Shown here one piece after another: positions 27,501-40,341 of a stretch of DNA of 64,000 nt (position 1 is the stretch's first letter; every line of letters begins with the position of its first letter). A program made the position numbers and the translations under genes. The notes beneath the pieces were generated by a model. The model was not told the DNA's origin. It did no database searches and was given only the letters and a program-made list of their open reading frames with translations. This DNA comes from Callorhinchus milii (lineage: Eukaryota), in the NCBI RefSeq assembly GCF_018977255.1, contig NW_024704746.1, positions 60,078,001 to 60,142,000 on the forward strand. The letters are read 5' to 3'.

Positions 27501-28858
27501 GGATCTAATCCCACTATCCTCTTCATAACCCACCATCTTTAATACTTTTCATTTTCGAACATCTGTTTAATTCCCATTTTAATAGAATTTATAGACTCTG
27601 CCTCACCAGAGGCTGAACAAAAATTGGTGACCTCTCTGTCTTTGTTACTAATCACCCTGATGGAAGGGAAACATAAATATTCTAAAGTTATATCCTTGCA
27701 ACTAATATAAAGCCATCTTATGTCAAAACATCTCAAAGCAGTGCGCAGAGTTTCCTTTAAAGTGAGTGACTTACTTTTTATTTGCAGGCAAGCGCAGTAA
27801 GCAATTTTCCCGTATCAATGTCCCACAAACAGCCATAAAGTGAACAGTCCATTTTATCTGGAGGACTACTGGGCAGGACATCAAAAAATAATACTTTCCT
27901 CTCCTTTTGATAATGGCCTGGAGTCTTTAAAGTCATATCAACAACCAGACAGGACTTTGGTTTAGCATCTCATCCAAAGGATGGCACTTCCTCCAGCACC
28001 TTATTGAAGAAGATGTTGAGTTCAAAGCTCGGATAAGGAAGTTTGAACCCACATCCTTCTGACTCGGAGGCTAGAGTCAAATGTCTTTCCCATTCAGAGC
28101 CAGTAGCAAGCAATGTTAGGAAAGGTGCAATAAATTTCCGTAACTTTATCCTTCAATGTAGTAATAAATTATTATTATACATTAATATTCCAAGATCAGA
28201 AGATACTACAAAAAATAACCTTAATGTTAAAGATTTCTGTCTGTTGTATACTAGGCAAAGTAATGTAGTTGGAAACCATTGTTTTGGAATAGCTTGGTAA
28301 CATTTATTATTAAAGCCTGATTCTTAATGACTTTTCTGCATGAATGACAGATACCCTATTTCTAAACCAGCAAGCATTAATATACTGTATATCAAAATAG
28401 TTCTTATTCAGAAGATATCAAATTAATCAATTTAGCTCTCTGAAAATGACTCAAATGATTTTGGCTATAAAGCCAATTGTTTACACTGAAGACAGTCTCC
28501 AAGCAATTTTAGGATCACCGCAGTATCCTCATCCATCTGCATTTAATCATTTTCTGGTCTGGAGTTTTACGGTGGCTTTCTTTTTCCAATAATTGGCAGA
28601 GGGAACACGATAGCATAAGTTCAGCCTCTTAATAAATCAAATTAAATAAAGGACTGTTTCCAATCATGGAGACAAAAATGGAAACATAAGCTAACTTTTA
28701 TATCTTTTGAAATATCTTTTAACCACTTCAGAAAGTATGAGCAAGTATTCTGTGTGCCAAAATACCACCCATTCCTACAAAGATGTACATCAGTATTTGA
28801 CCTTAACAAGTCAGGTAAGGGCATCAGGATTACGATGCTCTGCGCCCAGTGCTCCTAC

Positions 28859-28969
28859 CTCCTTGAATGCGGCTCTCATCTCTCCTCCTGGAAACATTCC
28901 CAGCTCTTCTACAACAAAGTTGACTCCCATAATGAACAGGAACTCCAACAACCCCACCTTAACACCCAC
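28859..28969 (-). CDS. TRABD: TRABD-like coding exon (not shown in this frame in the ORF track)
   Basis: Acceptor gtattgactAG, donor GAG|GTAGGA; 111 nt, phase 0-0. Hand translation VGVKVGLLEFLFIMGVNFVVEELGMFPGGEMRAAFKE, versus human ...EQLGMAPGGEFREAFKE. Confidence 0.88.
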
Positions 28970-29029
28970 CTAGTCAATACGTTGAAAGAAAAACACAGTG
29001 ATTTGCAAGAGTGCCTGCACTTGAAATGA

Positions 29030-29512
29030 ATTACAATACAATACAATATTACATTTGTAAAGCGCCTTTCATGTTGGGAGGACGTCCCGAGGAGCCGGAC
29101 AGTCAGGTGTTTGGACTTGAGCCGTGGGGTCGGAATCGGGGAATGTGGAGGCCAAGGAGGGTAGGAGGGTGGCCGAAGGCTCGTTGAAGAGGAGGGTATT
29201 GAGACGCACCTTGAAGGAGGAAAGGGAGGGAGCAAGGCAAAGGGAACGTGAAATGACGTTCCATAGAGTGGGGACAGAAAGGCTGAAGGCCTGACTGCCG
29301 ATGGTGGGGTGGGCCGGGCGGGGGACTTGGAGTAGGCCACAGCCTGCTGAGTGGAGGGAGTGGACAGGTTGATATGGACATGGAGTCAGCAGGTCCCAGA
29401 GGTAGGGAGGGGCAAAGCCGTGGAGGGCTTTGAAGGTGAGGATGAGGATTTTGAACTCTATCCTTTGGGGGATGGGGAGCCAGAGGAGCCGAGCGAGGGT
29501 GGGAGTAAATGA
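29030..29512 (-). mobile_element. L2 LINE 3' fragment
   Basis: LARLLWLPIPQRIEFKILILTFKALHG.APPYL... Confidence 0.8.
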
Positions 29513-30524
29513 CAAATTATTTTCCTATAAGTTCTATTTAAAATGTTTGTTGTTACAAATAAATTACATCTTTATTATTTCTTCTGACTAGAAAAAACTC
29601 CATGACTGCTAGGGTGTGCAAACAATGTCAATGAGGATATTTGGAAATGTCACTCAAGTAGGTATCATGTCCGGTTGGCAACATACAAAACTTCACCACC
29701 TCTGCTTCATGATACAAAAAGAAGAAATACAGGAAAGAGTGAATACAATACATTATAATAATCCTTGTGTTTGATATAGTGCCTTATCACAACTTGAGAA
29801 GTCTCAACGTGCTTCACAGAATACAACTGTAAAGTAAATTGATTGTATATTTTGTGGGCAAAATATTCACCTGCAGTATCTAGGGTACCAATCACATCTT
29901 CAGCTATCTATAGAACATATGTCCTGCCAATTGCAATCATCTTGCTCTGTTTTTCCTTTGATTCTCCCCCAAGGCTTTGTTTCTTTTTTCATCCCCTTCA
30001 CCTGTCTGGTACTGTGCCCTTCCTCCATCTGCTCTGTGCCTGCTCTATCTGCATCAAAGTCACAGCTCTCTTCGTCTTTCTTGCTAACACGGCCAACTCT
30101 TCAATGAGTCGTGTCACCTTTCTTGCCCTGATATGAATCAAAGTCTGAACAGTATTTTCCATTTCTCACACTATTTGTGTGCTCTCTCTGAATCAGTTGT
30201 CCAACTTAAAGCTACATTAACTGCACAATAAAAAGATGGTTCACAGCTTTTTATTGTGCTTTGTCTGGATAGGACTGCCCTACTGACAGAGACTGGCTTG
30301 CAGTGTTCGCAACATCATATACATCCAAACCAACCATCAATAATACCATGGATTACTGTGGATCTCCTTGGAGAATGTTGAATCCTGGGGAAACCTTGCT
30401 TACCGCTGTCCAAAGGAGATTGTTTTTTAGACAAGGTACATATTTTAACAAAGCCAAGAGGCTGAAAAATTGAGAGAAAACAATAGAATTCAAATTCAGA
30501 TCCAAGGCTTATTTGACTGACTAG

Positions 30525-30885
30525 AACAACAACAACAACAAGATTCCATTTATAGAGCGCCTTTCACGTCGGGAGGACGTCCCAAGGCGCTGTACAGTTC
30601 GGTCAGGACCCGAGCAAGGGGGAAATGGTCAGGGTGAGGGAAGGGAGGGAGCGAGGAGGGGGTAGAGAGTCGAGAGGGGAGCTGAAGGCACGGTCAAAGA
30701 GAAAGGTCTTGAGACCGGCCTTGAAGGAGGAAAGGGAGGAGGCGGCGAAGGCACTGGGGGATAGAGTTCCAGAGCCGAGGGGCTGAGAGGCTGAAGGCCC
30801 GGCCACCGATGGTAGGGCGGTTGGGGCGGGGGATGTGGAGCAGACCGGAGCCAGAGGAACGGAGGGTACGGGCAGGTAGGTAGGG
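30525..30885 (-). mobile_element. L2 LINE 3' fragment (young; closely similar copy at 33192-33495)
   Basis: SFKAGLKTFLFDRAF, and tail cgcctttcacgtcgggaggacgtcccaaggcgc with (AAC)n. Confidence 0.8.
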
Positions 30886-31139
30886 GGATAGTATGTATGT
30901 AGTTCAATCTCATCAGGGTGGATTGGATTCAATCCTAGGCCATAACTAGAGCATTGGTCTTCAAACACACTGTTCTACCAAGTCCATCAAATGCACTAGT
31001 CTTTTATGTCTTAATATATTTTAGTCATTAAAGAATACAAGGTTTTGGTAACAGTGTACAACACTGGAATTCCGTGGGGTCTTGCGTTATCACCACAAAG
31101 CACCAGATTTTGGCTCAGAAATGAAATAGAAACCTGCAC

Positions 31140-31280
31140 CTCCTTTATTTTCCTTAGCAGCAGTTGTAGGTTCACGGTTTCCATCGCCTCCATCAGTTTC
31201 TGCTCATCCCAATGCAGCAATGAAACTCTGCTATTACAGAGTTCCAAAATGACCGAGTCTGGCTGCAGTTGTTGGATAGT
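31140..31280 (-). CDS. TRABD: TRABD-like coding exon
   Basis: Acceptor tttttttcttgcAG, donor GAG|GTGCAG; 141 nt, phase 0-0. TIQQLQPDSVILELCNSRVSLLHWDEQKLMEAMETVNLQLLLRKIKE, versus human TIREVQPDVVVVELCQYRVSMLKMDE... Confidence 0.88.
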
Positions 31281-32378
31281 CTGCAAGAAAAAAAAACAAT
31301 CCTTTCTATGATGCATCATCAATCAAATAAAACCAATGTATGCTTCTTTTATCTTTTATATAGGAACAGTGGAGCCTCCCTCTAATATTCTCTTTTGAAC
31401 TATAAGGGTTAGAGATAATAGATATCATACTTTCTCTCCTTAAAGAAAAAGTCAGAACAATGCAAACTATAGGAAAGGCGATGCTTTGTCCACTGTTTTC
31501 AAGACGTTTCGTGGGTCAGTGTCATACACAAGAGGATCTCTGGAGGAGCTGCAATTTATTCCCACAGGTACCTTTTCTAGTGCAAGCACCATTTACGCTC
31601 CTGTTTTCCTGTTGAATGCTTGTTAGTTCCCATTGCTGCAGATATACCAGGGCAGTATAACTCTACAATGCACTAAATGATTAAGTGTGCAATTGTACCA
31701 ATAATGTTCCATCTTCTCTCTTCACAGAACAAAGAGAACTCAGTGGAGTTTTTGTCACTTCAGAGGAGCAGCCCACACCTGAACAAGAACCATCATCTAC
31801 GCTGACAATCGAATGCGGTGCTGACCCAACGCTTCATTGTCAGAGGTGCTATCCATCGAGTTAGATGCACCTCTGACAATGACAATTAACCTCCTTAAAG
31901 AGGAAGAGGTTAATTTGAAGAGGTTAATGATCCCATGGCATTACTCATAAAAGTTTATGAGTTTACGCCATTGCTCTAGCCAACTTTTCTCATTCCAACT
32001 AGCCATCTCTAGCCACCATGAGAAGCCCTTACCTCAAATGTAAGGATCATCATTATTATAACCACTACTTAGGTCTGTGGGACGCTGCTGCGTGCAATTG
32101 GCTGCTGCGTTTTGCCCACAAAATATACAGTCAATTCGTTTTACAGTATATTCTGTGAAGCGCTTTACGACGTCTCGAAGACATGATAAAGCGCTATATC
32201 AAAAGCAAGGATTATTTTTATTATTATTTATTATTGTGCTGTTGCTTGTTTAAAACAAAACAGATCCATGTACTTGGGGAAAATTTAGATACGACTGAGA
32301 AATCAGTTCATAACATGTAAATTTACTGATGTTTGAAGAATTGTCATCTCGGTCTGCTGTGGAACAATCCTGGATTAC

Positions 32379-32545
32379 CTGCTTTACATCTCTTATGCTC
32401 TTCTTACTGACATGTGCAGTGCCAACTAAGTAGACTTTGCAGCCTTCTTCAGTGACGAGTTCAGTCACAGACTTTGGTAGTTTAGGTATCATCTTTCTCT
32501 TCCAAATCTTCACTGCCCATAGGAGGTCAAATACTTCTACATAGG
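32379..32545 (-). CDS. TRABD: TraB-domain protein (TRABD-like) coding exon containing the GTAH motif
   Basis: Acceptor tttcaatctgcAG, donor CAG|GTAATC; 167 nt, phase 1 to 0. Reads YVEVFDLL...LPKSVTELVTEEGCKVYLVGTAHVSKKSIRDVKQ, versus human LPRTVTQLVAEDGSRVYVVGTAHFSDDSKRDVVK. Confidence 0.9.
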
Positions 32546-33191
32546 CTGCAGATTGAAACAAAAATTACAGATTTATCACAGATAATGGCAACAAAAATTT
32601 CAACTGCATCAAAACTCTTCTTAAAACGGTATAATTTTAATTTTAAAAAAAAGGAAAACAAAATTTAGAAAGATTGGATCAAAGTGGAAAATATTACAGG
32701 TAATACACCAGGAATGGTATGTTGACATACCATAGAATTATCGTTTCACTTTGCAAGCACTTCCTGTACTGGGAAATTAAATCATCGCCCTAAATTGAGC
32801 TACAGGGGAATTTCCGATTGTTGATTTCTGTTTCAAACCACTGGATGCCTTTGCAAGATATCAGTAATGCAATTTCAAACAAAATACAAGCAATGGTTGC
32901 AACTAAAACAGGCATGACATGACCAACACGGGACATGTGTTAGAATATAATTTTCCCGATATCTCACTGAGTGAGACAAGCACATTGCCTGGAGCAGCAG
33001 GAGGCTTGGCTGTGATTACATTTCTTTCGCCGAGTAAGCCAGTTATCATTGACTGTCCAGAATCGTACATGAAGAATAGCCATTAGGGTGAGGGACTAGA
33101 GGGCTGAGGGTTCCAAGTGCATCACAGAATATACCGTAAAGCCAGTTGACCGTACATTTTGTGGACAAAACGCGTTCAGCAGTGTCCCACA

Positions 33192-33495
33192 AACAACAAC
33201 AACAACAAGATTCCATTTATAAAGCGCCTTTCACGTCAGGAAGACGTCCCAAGGCGCTGCACAGTTGGGTCATGACCCGAGCAGGGGGGAAATGGTCAGG
33301 GTGAGGGGAGGGAAGGGAGGGAGCGAGGAGGGGGGAAATGGTCAGGGGAGGGGAGGGAAGGGAGGGATCGAGGAGGGGAAGAGAGTCGAGAGGGGAGCTG
33401 AAGGCTCGGTCAAGGAGAAAGGTTTTGAGACCGGCCTTGAAGGAGGAGAGGGAGGAAGCAAGGCGAAGGCACTGGGGGATAGAGTTCCAGAGCCT
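33192..33495 (-). mobile_element. L2 LINE 3' fragment nested in a minus-strand SINE (33120-33690)
   Basis: Same tail as the 30525 copy; SINE pieces on both sides. Confidence 0.75.
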
Positions 33496-35572
33496 CGGAT
33501 TGAGTCGTGGATTGAGTGACCAGACTCTTATCAGATATATATTTTGAATGGATTATTACTCCCGGAAAACCAATCCACCAATCGACTGACAACCGGGTTC
33601 CTACTTACTGTTAGGTAAACAGAGGTACGTGTGTGGAGTAAGGAAATTTGCCCAACGTTTCGCCCTGCCCGGGAATCAAACCCAAGTCCTCAGCTGTTAC
33701 TAAGTTCAGCACAAGTACAAGAAGCTGTAACCACTGTAGAATTAGAGCATTTTCCAATGTTCAATTTATTATTGAAATAAACATACTTATTTGTTTGAAA
33801 GTGTCTGAAGCACTCCACCTCTGTCTTGTTTTCTGTTGAGAATAAAAAAATTGTCAACAACAAGATCTTCTGGAAGAACACTGAGGTCCTTTATTTGACT
33901 TCATGTAAAACATTCACCCACAATACATATGCCTGGACAAACCATCTTTGCTAAGTGGCCCAGATCAGAAAACCAGAGTATTTGGGTCTTTTAGTGGCTA
34001 GAAGTGTAACTTGGACACATGACCCTGGTTCCCATAGACCTGTGGACTTCATTCTCAGAGACAACCAAACATAACCTTACAGGGAACGTTCTACCTGTCT
34101 CTTCTGATATTTTCCTGATATCTCACTGAGTGAGACAAGCACATTGCCTAGTGCAGCACGAGGCTTGGCTGTGATTACACTTCTTTCCCTGAATAAGCCA
34201 GTCATCATTGACTGACCAGAATTGTCCATAAAGAATAGCTGTTGAACATTTCCTCTTTGAATCACCCCAAGCACTCCACCATAATGCACACTTCTGACTT
34301 AAGAATTTCAGTTACTGTTTCATATCATGGAAAGTTTAGGATAGTTTTGTAACTCTTTCAGATATAGCGATAGTCTGTCCATGTACAGTGAGCTTCTCTT
34401 TCACAGGTACTGTTATTTATTGTTATAAACTCTTTCAATTTAGCACCCTGGTACTATGTTAAACATTAAACAGAAGGCAGCTCGCTGATAAAGTTGTGGC
34501 TGTGCTGCTTTACAAAGATTACTTATTCCCAGCCTACTTTGATAATTCTTCAAAACCAGTCAGGTATGGATAATGGTGTGTCTAGACGGATCCTCCAACT
34601 GAGAATCAATTGTCAAAACCAACCTTTGTCATCATTAATAAGAATTGTTGATTAGATTTGTGCTGTGGTTTTCAGGCACTAAAACCTACCTTAGACCTTG
34701 GAATAATTAATAGCTATTTTGTCCCTTCATAATCATTCAACACAAAAATATCCAAACAAGCAATAGAGCAGAAACAACTCAAGGGACTGTACAAGGCAAT
34801 TTTGAAACACTACAGTGCTTTTTTATTAAATGCTATTTCTCCCTGATTCTACCTCCAAGTGACAAATATAAATTTGTATCATACTCTGTATTGATTTTCA
34901 GTATTTGGTTAATTCGTTCCAAAGACTTAAGCAGGTATCATTATTGTCTTAATATGGTGAAGAATGCAAAGTTTCAAAACACATTCAATGTCATTATTTC
35001 TTCTGAAACATTGCACCAAAGCAGGATACACTGTGCATCGAAAAAATTCTCCCAAAATTGAACAAATTTAAAGCACCTAAATTCCTAAAGAGTATAAAAT
35101 CAAAAACCTGCAAGCCTACTTATGTGGCAACTTATTAAGGGGAGAAATTTAGAGTAACCTGGGTCTAGAGTTACTCTAAATATGCAGCATTTTTTAAAGA
35201 GTGTCTAGAATTTGGCAAGTGGTTGAATTCAGTCTTAGTTTGGAGGTCGTTTCCTGTTGTTCTTCAAAGAAAAGAAAACCTGCTACAAAATTCAGGCCCC
35301 TTGGTTTAACTTCTCAACCGAAGGGTGGCACCTCCGGCAATACATCACACTCCTAGCACTACATTGAAGTGTCAGCATAAACCAAATCAGTTCTAATTCC
35401 TGATGTGGGGCTTGAACCCAAAACCTTCTGATTCATAGGCAAGAATACTACCAACTGAGCCAGACTGACGCACATTAATGCCGATTGGTTAGGAATGTAA
35501 CTTTAAACCACATACAGGATGAGGTAGTCCAACCTACACTCTGGACTATCCTGGTGAAATCAAAGCCATTTA

Positions 35573-35955
35573 GAGTCCTGTGACTAAGTGGTTAGAGAAC
35601 TCGCTTTGTATGTCAGAGGGTTATGTCATGGTTTTGATTCGTGGCAGGGTGAAATGTTGGGCAAGTTTCCTTACTCCAAACGCCTGTTTGCCTAGCAATA
35701 AGTAGGGACCCAGTTGTTAGTTAATTGGCGGATCGCTTTTCTGGGGGTAATAATTCCTTTAAAATAAATAAAAATAATTTGGTCACTCAATCTACGACTG
35801 TTTGTGGGACACTGGTGCAGATTGGCTGCTGCGTTTCGCCCACAAAATGTACAGTCAATTCACTTTATAGTATATTCTGTGAAACACTTTGAGATGTCTT
35901 GAAGATGTGATAAGGCGCTATATTAAAATGCAAGGATTATGATTATTATTATTAT
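35573..35955 (+). mobile_element. tRNA-derived SINE, full length
   Basis: Head gagtcctgtgactaagtggttagag, body and (ATT)n tail. Confidence 0.85.
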
Positions 35956-36119
35956 TTGCCAGTTAATGGGGGGAGATTATGGTATGTATGTGTGTATCTC
36001 CTCCCTTATTTTCTTTTGCACAGTACAGTAATGGTACAGGTGCAAGAAGATTGGAGGGAAAATTTTAAATGCAAAATTAATCAGCTTAATAAAAAGAAGT
36101 TCAAATAAAACAAACTTGC

Positions 36120-36155
36120 CTTTCTCTTTTTCCTTCCTGAGAGAATTCTGTAACC
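36120..36155 (-). CDS. Candidate 36-nt upstream micro-exon of the TRABD-like gene (GC-AG donor)
   Basis: Strong acceptor tttttttgtttttcAG and donor AAG|GCAAGT. A phase 1-1 reading (xLQNSLRKEKEK) joins the 32545 exon in frame. No homology support. Confidence 0.3.
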
Positions 36156-38474
36156 CTGAAAAACAAAAAAATTGACAAAGCCTCAGCTGTGTTATGACTG
36201 TAACTGAAGGCCCACATTAATAATAGTGCAATTATACTATATGTGCTGATTTGCTGCCAGTGCCATTTTTAGAATGGTGCAAACAGACAGCAAGTGCAGT
36301 GTTATACAACCTCCTCCCGCTGCTCTCCATTGAGTCAAATGTTGGCAGAGGTCTCACTCCCGCTGTCAGTGAATTTGATTTATTTTGCCAATTTTTTCCC
36401 TTCTTCGTCACACGTGAAGTCATTTGGCTTCTTCCTTTCCCTAAGATACTGTTTCAAGGTCTCTCTCTGGTACGTTGCCAACTCTGATACTTTGCCACAT
36501 ATCTATTATTCATCCATGAGCCTTGTCTGTGTACTATTTAACCATGAGGGAGGGAGGGACGGTGGCATCACAGTTCAGCCTAATCTTATCATCGCATGAT
36601 GTGAAAGGAGGCATAGAGAGCGTGTATCCTCCACAGGCACACTTCCACTGAGAACAGCTGGTGAGTGAATACTCAACACTCCCCACACAGCAATTTCTAC
36701 ATTTCTGCCAAGCTATTGAGGAAGGCATAGAGCAAAGAGCATGTTTCCTCCGCAGGTACCAGAAGGAAAATCAAAGGTTAAGCCACCCCCGTCTGCTCTC
36801 ATACGTCTCCATATGGCCAATCATTTGAAGCATTGAAAGAAGCCAAGCACTAAACCAAATTAATTCTGCTGCACAAAATTTCACAATGTATGTTGGGAAT
36901 GGGGCTTTGGTTAAAAGCATTATTATAATCCTTGATATCGCGCTTTATCGCACCATCAGGACATCTCTCATCACTTCACATGATTTTTACCGTGAAGAGT
37001 TATGACTTGTACTTGTGGGCAAATTGCCATCTGTGGCCTTGGCCTTCAAAATACATTCACTGAAATTTACAGCAAATGTGAAGATTTTTGAGACTTCCTC
37101 CTTATGTGAAAGGCACTATATTAAATGCAAGATTTATTATTTATATTATAAGTGAGGTCATGAAATAAACAGTCTTATCTGACTGTAATTACAAAAGGTA
37201 TCAATCATACCTCCTCCACCACCCATTTGATAACCCTCCCTACCTTGTTGTGTTGATTTCGCAGCATCACTGAATTTATTTTCTTTTATCAGATAGATGG
37301 GGTTCTGTATGAAAAATAACAAATGAAGTTAAGCAGATTGATGGAAAACCCACTTCACACAAAACTGGCCATATTTCACAACTCATTGGGTAGCTTAATC
37401 ATCACATGAAACTCATAAAACACAACTGAATTTGGCCTAATGACTGATTAAAAATACATTGTTTGCAGCCTTGTTTTGGGATAACTATAAACTTTTGTAT
37501 GCTTCAGTGTCAAATAAAAGTATTGGAGCAATTCCGGATACATTGAATTACTGTATAATAATAATAACAATCTTTACATTTGATATTGTACCTTTCACTT
37601 CAAAACAACAGCTCAAAGTGCTTCACAGAATTTACTGTGAAGTGCAGTGGCTATATTTTGAAGGCAAACACAGTAGTCAATTTGTGCCTAGCAAGATCCC
37701 ATAAACGTTTCTGGAGGGGTTGTTGTCCAGGACACCAGGAGAAAATCCATCAATCCCTCAGATCAAATTGAGGAGTAGAAGTAGAAAGAGAAAGATTGGG
37801 CTGGTGCCACCTTGTTACTATTCAATGCTTTAAAGCAGGTTTCGTTTGTGACACCAAACACTGCGAATTGCATGGATAATTAACGTCAGTCTCTAATTAA
37901 GGAAAACTACAAGTTATTACTGCTTGATCAAGGTAAAAAAATTCACTTTGATAAAGAATTGACCAAATGTTTGTGTTTAAACTCAGCATGATTATTACCC
38001 CTCAAACCAGGACAGTGCAGTTTATGGCACAGCCAACATTGCTGGGGCACTTTCAACCATGTCACAGTTTCATCAATCAAGTTTACAGGAATGATCAGAA
38101 AACAATAGAAAATCTATGTCAACATTTATGATTTAGTTTCAATCCAAGCTGTTTGTTTCACTTCTGGATTCAGTGAAAAACTGGTTTCTGTTCAACTTTC
38201 CTCATGATAATTCCTTGACTTTCTTGCATATCAGACTGCTTGTACGTCTTGTACATTTTGTTTTGGGGGAATAATAATAATCCTTACATTTGATATACCG
38301 CATTATCATGTCTTTGAGCGCTTCACGGAATATAGTGTAAAGTGTAGTGACTGCATATTTTTTGGGTGAAACGCAGCAGCCAATTGCACACAGCAATAAT
38401 TCTCACCTTGATCAACGGGTGTAGCTGATTTTCTGCAATTCTCTTCCCAAAAGCGGAAATGTTACCAAAAATCA

Positions 38475-38778
38475 AATAATAATCCTTGCATTTGATATAG
38501 CACTTTTCACGTCTTCTAGACGTCTCAAAGCGCTTTACAGAATAGATGAATAGATTGTAAAGTGAATTGAATGCATATTTGTGGGCGAAACACAGCAGCC
38601 AATTGCGCACAGCAGTGTCCCACAAATAGTCGTGGATTGAAGTGACCAATCTATCATTGTTTTTTTTAGAGGGATTATTATCAGGCGTGTGGAGTAAGGA
38701 AACTTGTCCAAGGTTTCACCCTGCCGGGAATCGAACCCAGGTCGCTCGCGAGTGCTCTAACCACTGAGCTACAGGACT
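38475..38778 (-). mobile_element. tRNA-derived SINE (internally deleted)
   Basis: Reverse-complement head (ctctaaccactgagctacaggac) and tail (aataataatccttgcatttg). Confidence 0.8.
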
Positions 38779-39959
38779 TTAGTGCTCTGTTGTGCAATTC
38801 ATAGTGAGAAACGGGATTTATATTTTCCAAATTATTCTCGCTAGTGGCTAAGGGCAGCTTGTCAATCAAACCCTTACATTGCGTTCCCCTCCCTGAACAA
38901 CATAAGATTTTATTAGTGTTCAAGAGAAGAAATTATCAAGTGGCCAGCTCTTCAAATAACACTAAAACTGGTTCTTTAAAAGTTCAAGTGCTTTTAAGTA
39001 ACTAAACATTTGTGGAAACTAAATTCATTCAAATTGTTTCAATTTTGTTTGACTACAAATACAGTTGCTATTCGCTATACTTTGCAGTAAATCTTGTGAA
39101 GCACTTTGAGACAAATAGATTAGGTGCTTTGTCAAATGCAAGGATTATTATTACTTATACTGATGCTCCATTTGTTTAATTGATATCCTGGACTACCCAC
39201 CTAATCCATGTGATTTCATAGTCCAATAGTTTTATCTTCCACTGGGTGTGCATTGCAAGTCAATAGATTTTTCACAGTGAATTTGCACAAAACAACACAT
39301 CATAAACTGATCATGATGTTTTCTGCTATTGAGAAATGGAAAGGGAAACAAGTATATTGGAAACTTTTGACACTCCCTTTCAATAACATGGCAAGTGGGG
39401 ATTACCAGTCTAAACTTCAGATCACAAGACTGATCAGAAAATAATCTTCCCTTTTCTACCCTTTGCTGTAGAGCTAGTTTACCAGCAAACTACAGTATAC
39501 ACAAATTTAAGGTCAATTTTGCGAATTTAGCATCAACCATTTAAGGGTTACACCAATAGGGCTTGCCTTTAACCAGTGGAATGAATTAGTTAATAAACAA
39601 AAGGGTGACAAATGTGGTATGTGATGCAATAATTATCACAAGCAATATTGTTTTGGGAGATAACCATACAATCTAATCCAAACCTGTTTTTAAGTAATAA
39701 TCAACATGTTTCTGAGTGAACATTCCAGCCCTTTCCCTCTTCCACTGACCCACTTCAGTACAATGATTTGGACTGAAGCCAATTTCTGCAGACTGACAAT
39801 TTGTCCTCTTTCCCTCTCTCGCGCGCTCTCTCACAAAAGGAAATGCAGGCTTGAGAACATGTCAAGGTGTGTGTAGCAATATCATGGCCTGATGCCTCTT
39901 TGTTTACCAATCTATCAATTTATCTATCTTGCACTCGCCCCGCAAGCAAGAAGACCTGT

Positions 39960-40341
39960 GGAGTCCTGTAGCTTAGTGGTTAGAGCACTCGCCTCACAAG
40001 CGAGACAACCCTGGTTTGATTCCCGGGCAGGGCGAAACATTGGGCAAGTTTCCTTACTTCATACGCCTCTGTTTACCGAGCAGTAAGTAGGAACCCGGGT
40101 GTTAGTCAATTGGCAGATCGCTTTGCTGGGGTAAAAATCCCTTCAAAGAAAGAATAATAAAAATTTGGTAACTCAATCCACGACTGTTTGTGGGACACTG
40201 CTGTGCGCAATTAGCTGCCGCGTTTCGCCCACAAAATATACAGTCAATCCATTTTACTGTATATTCTGGGACATGCTTTGAGATGTATCGAAGATGTGAT
40301 AAGGCGCTATATCAAATGCAAGGATGATTATTATTATTATT
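39960..40341 (+). mobile_element. tRNA-derived SINE, full length
   Basis: ggagtcctgtagcttagtggttagagcactcgcc...aaatgcaaggatgattattatt. Confidence 0.88.

Noticed and set aside
29880-30140. Purine-rich, exon-like minus-strand stretch in a TRABD-like intron
   Set aside because: Stops or no clean splice pair in the usable frames, no homology recognised, and the flanking exons already join in phase.
39960-40035. tRNA-like sequences (also ~17986, 35573, 48395-48466, 16600-16677)
   Set aside because: They have A/B boxes but continue directly into the SINE body, so they are SINE heads rather than tRNA genes.
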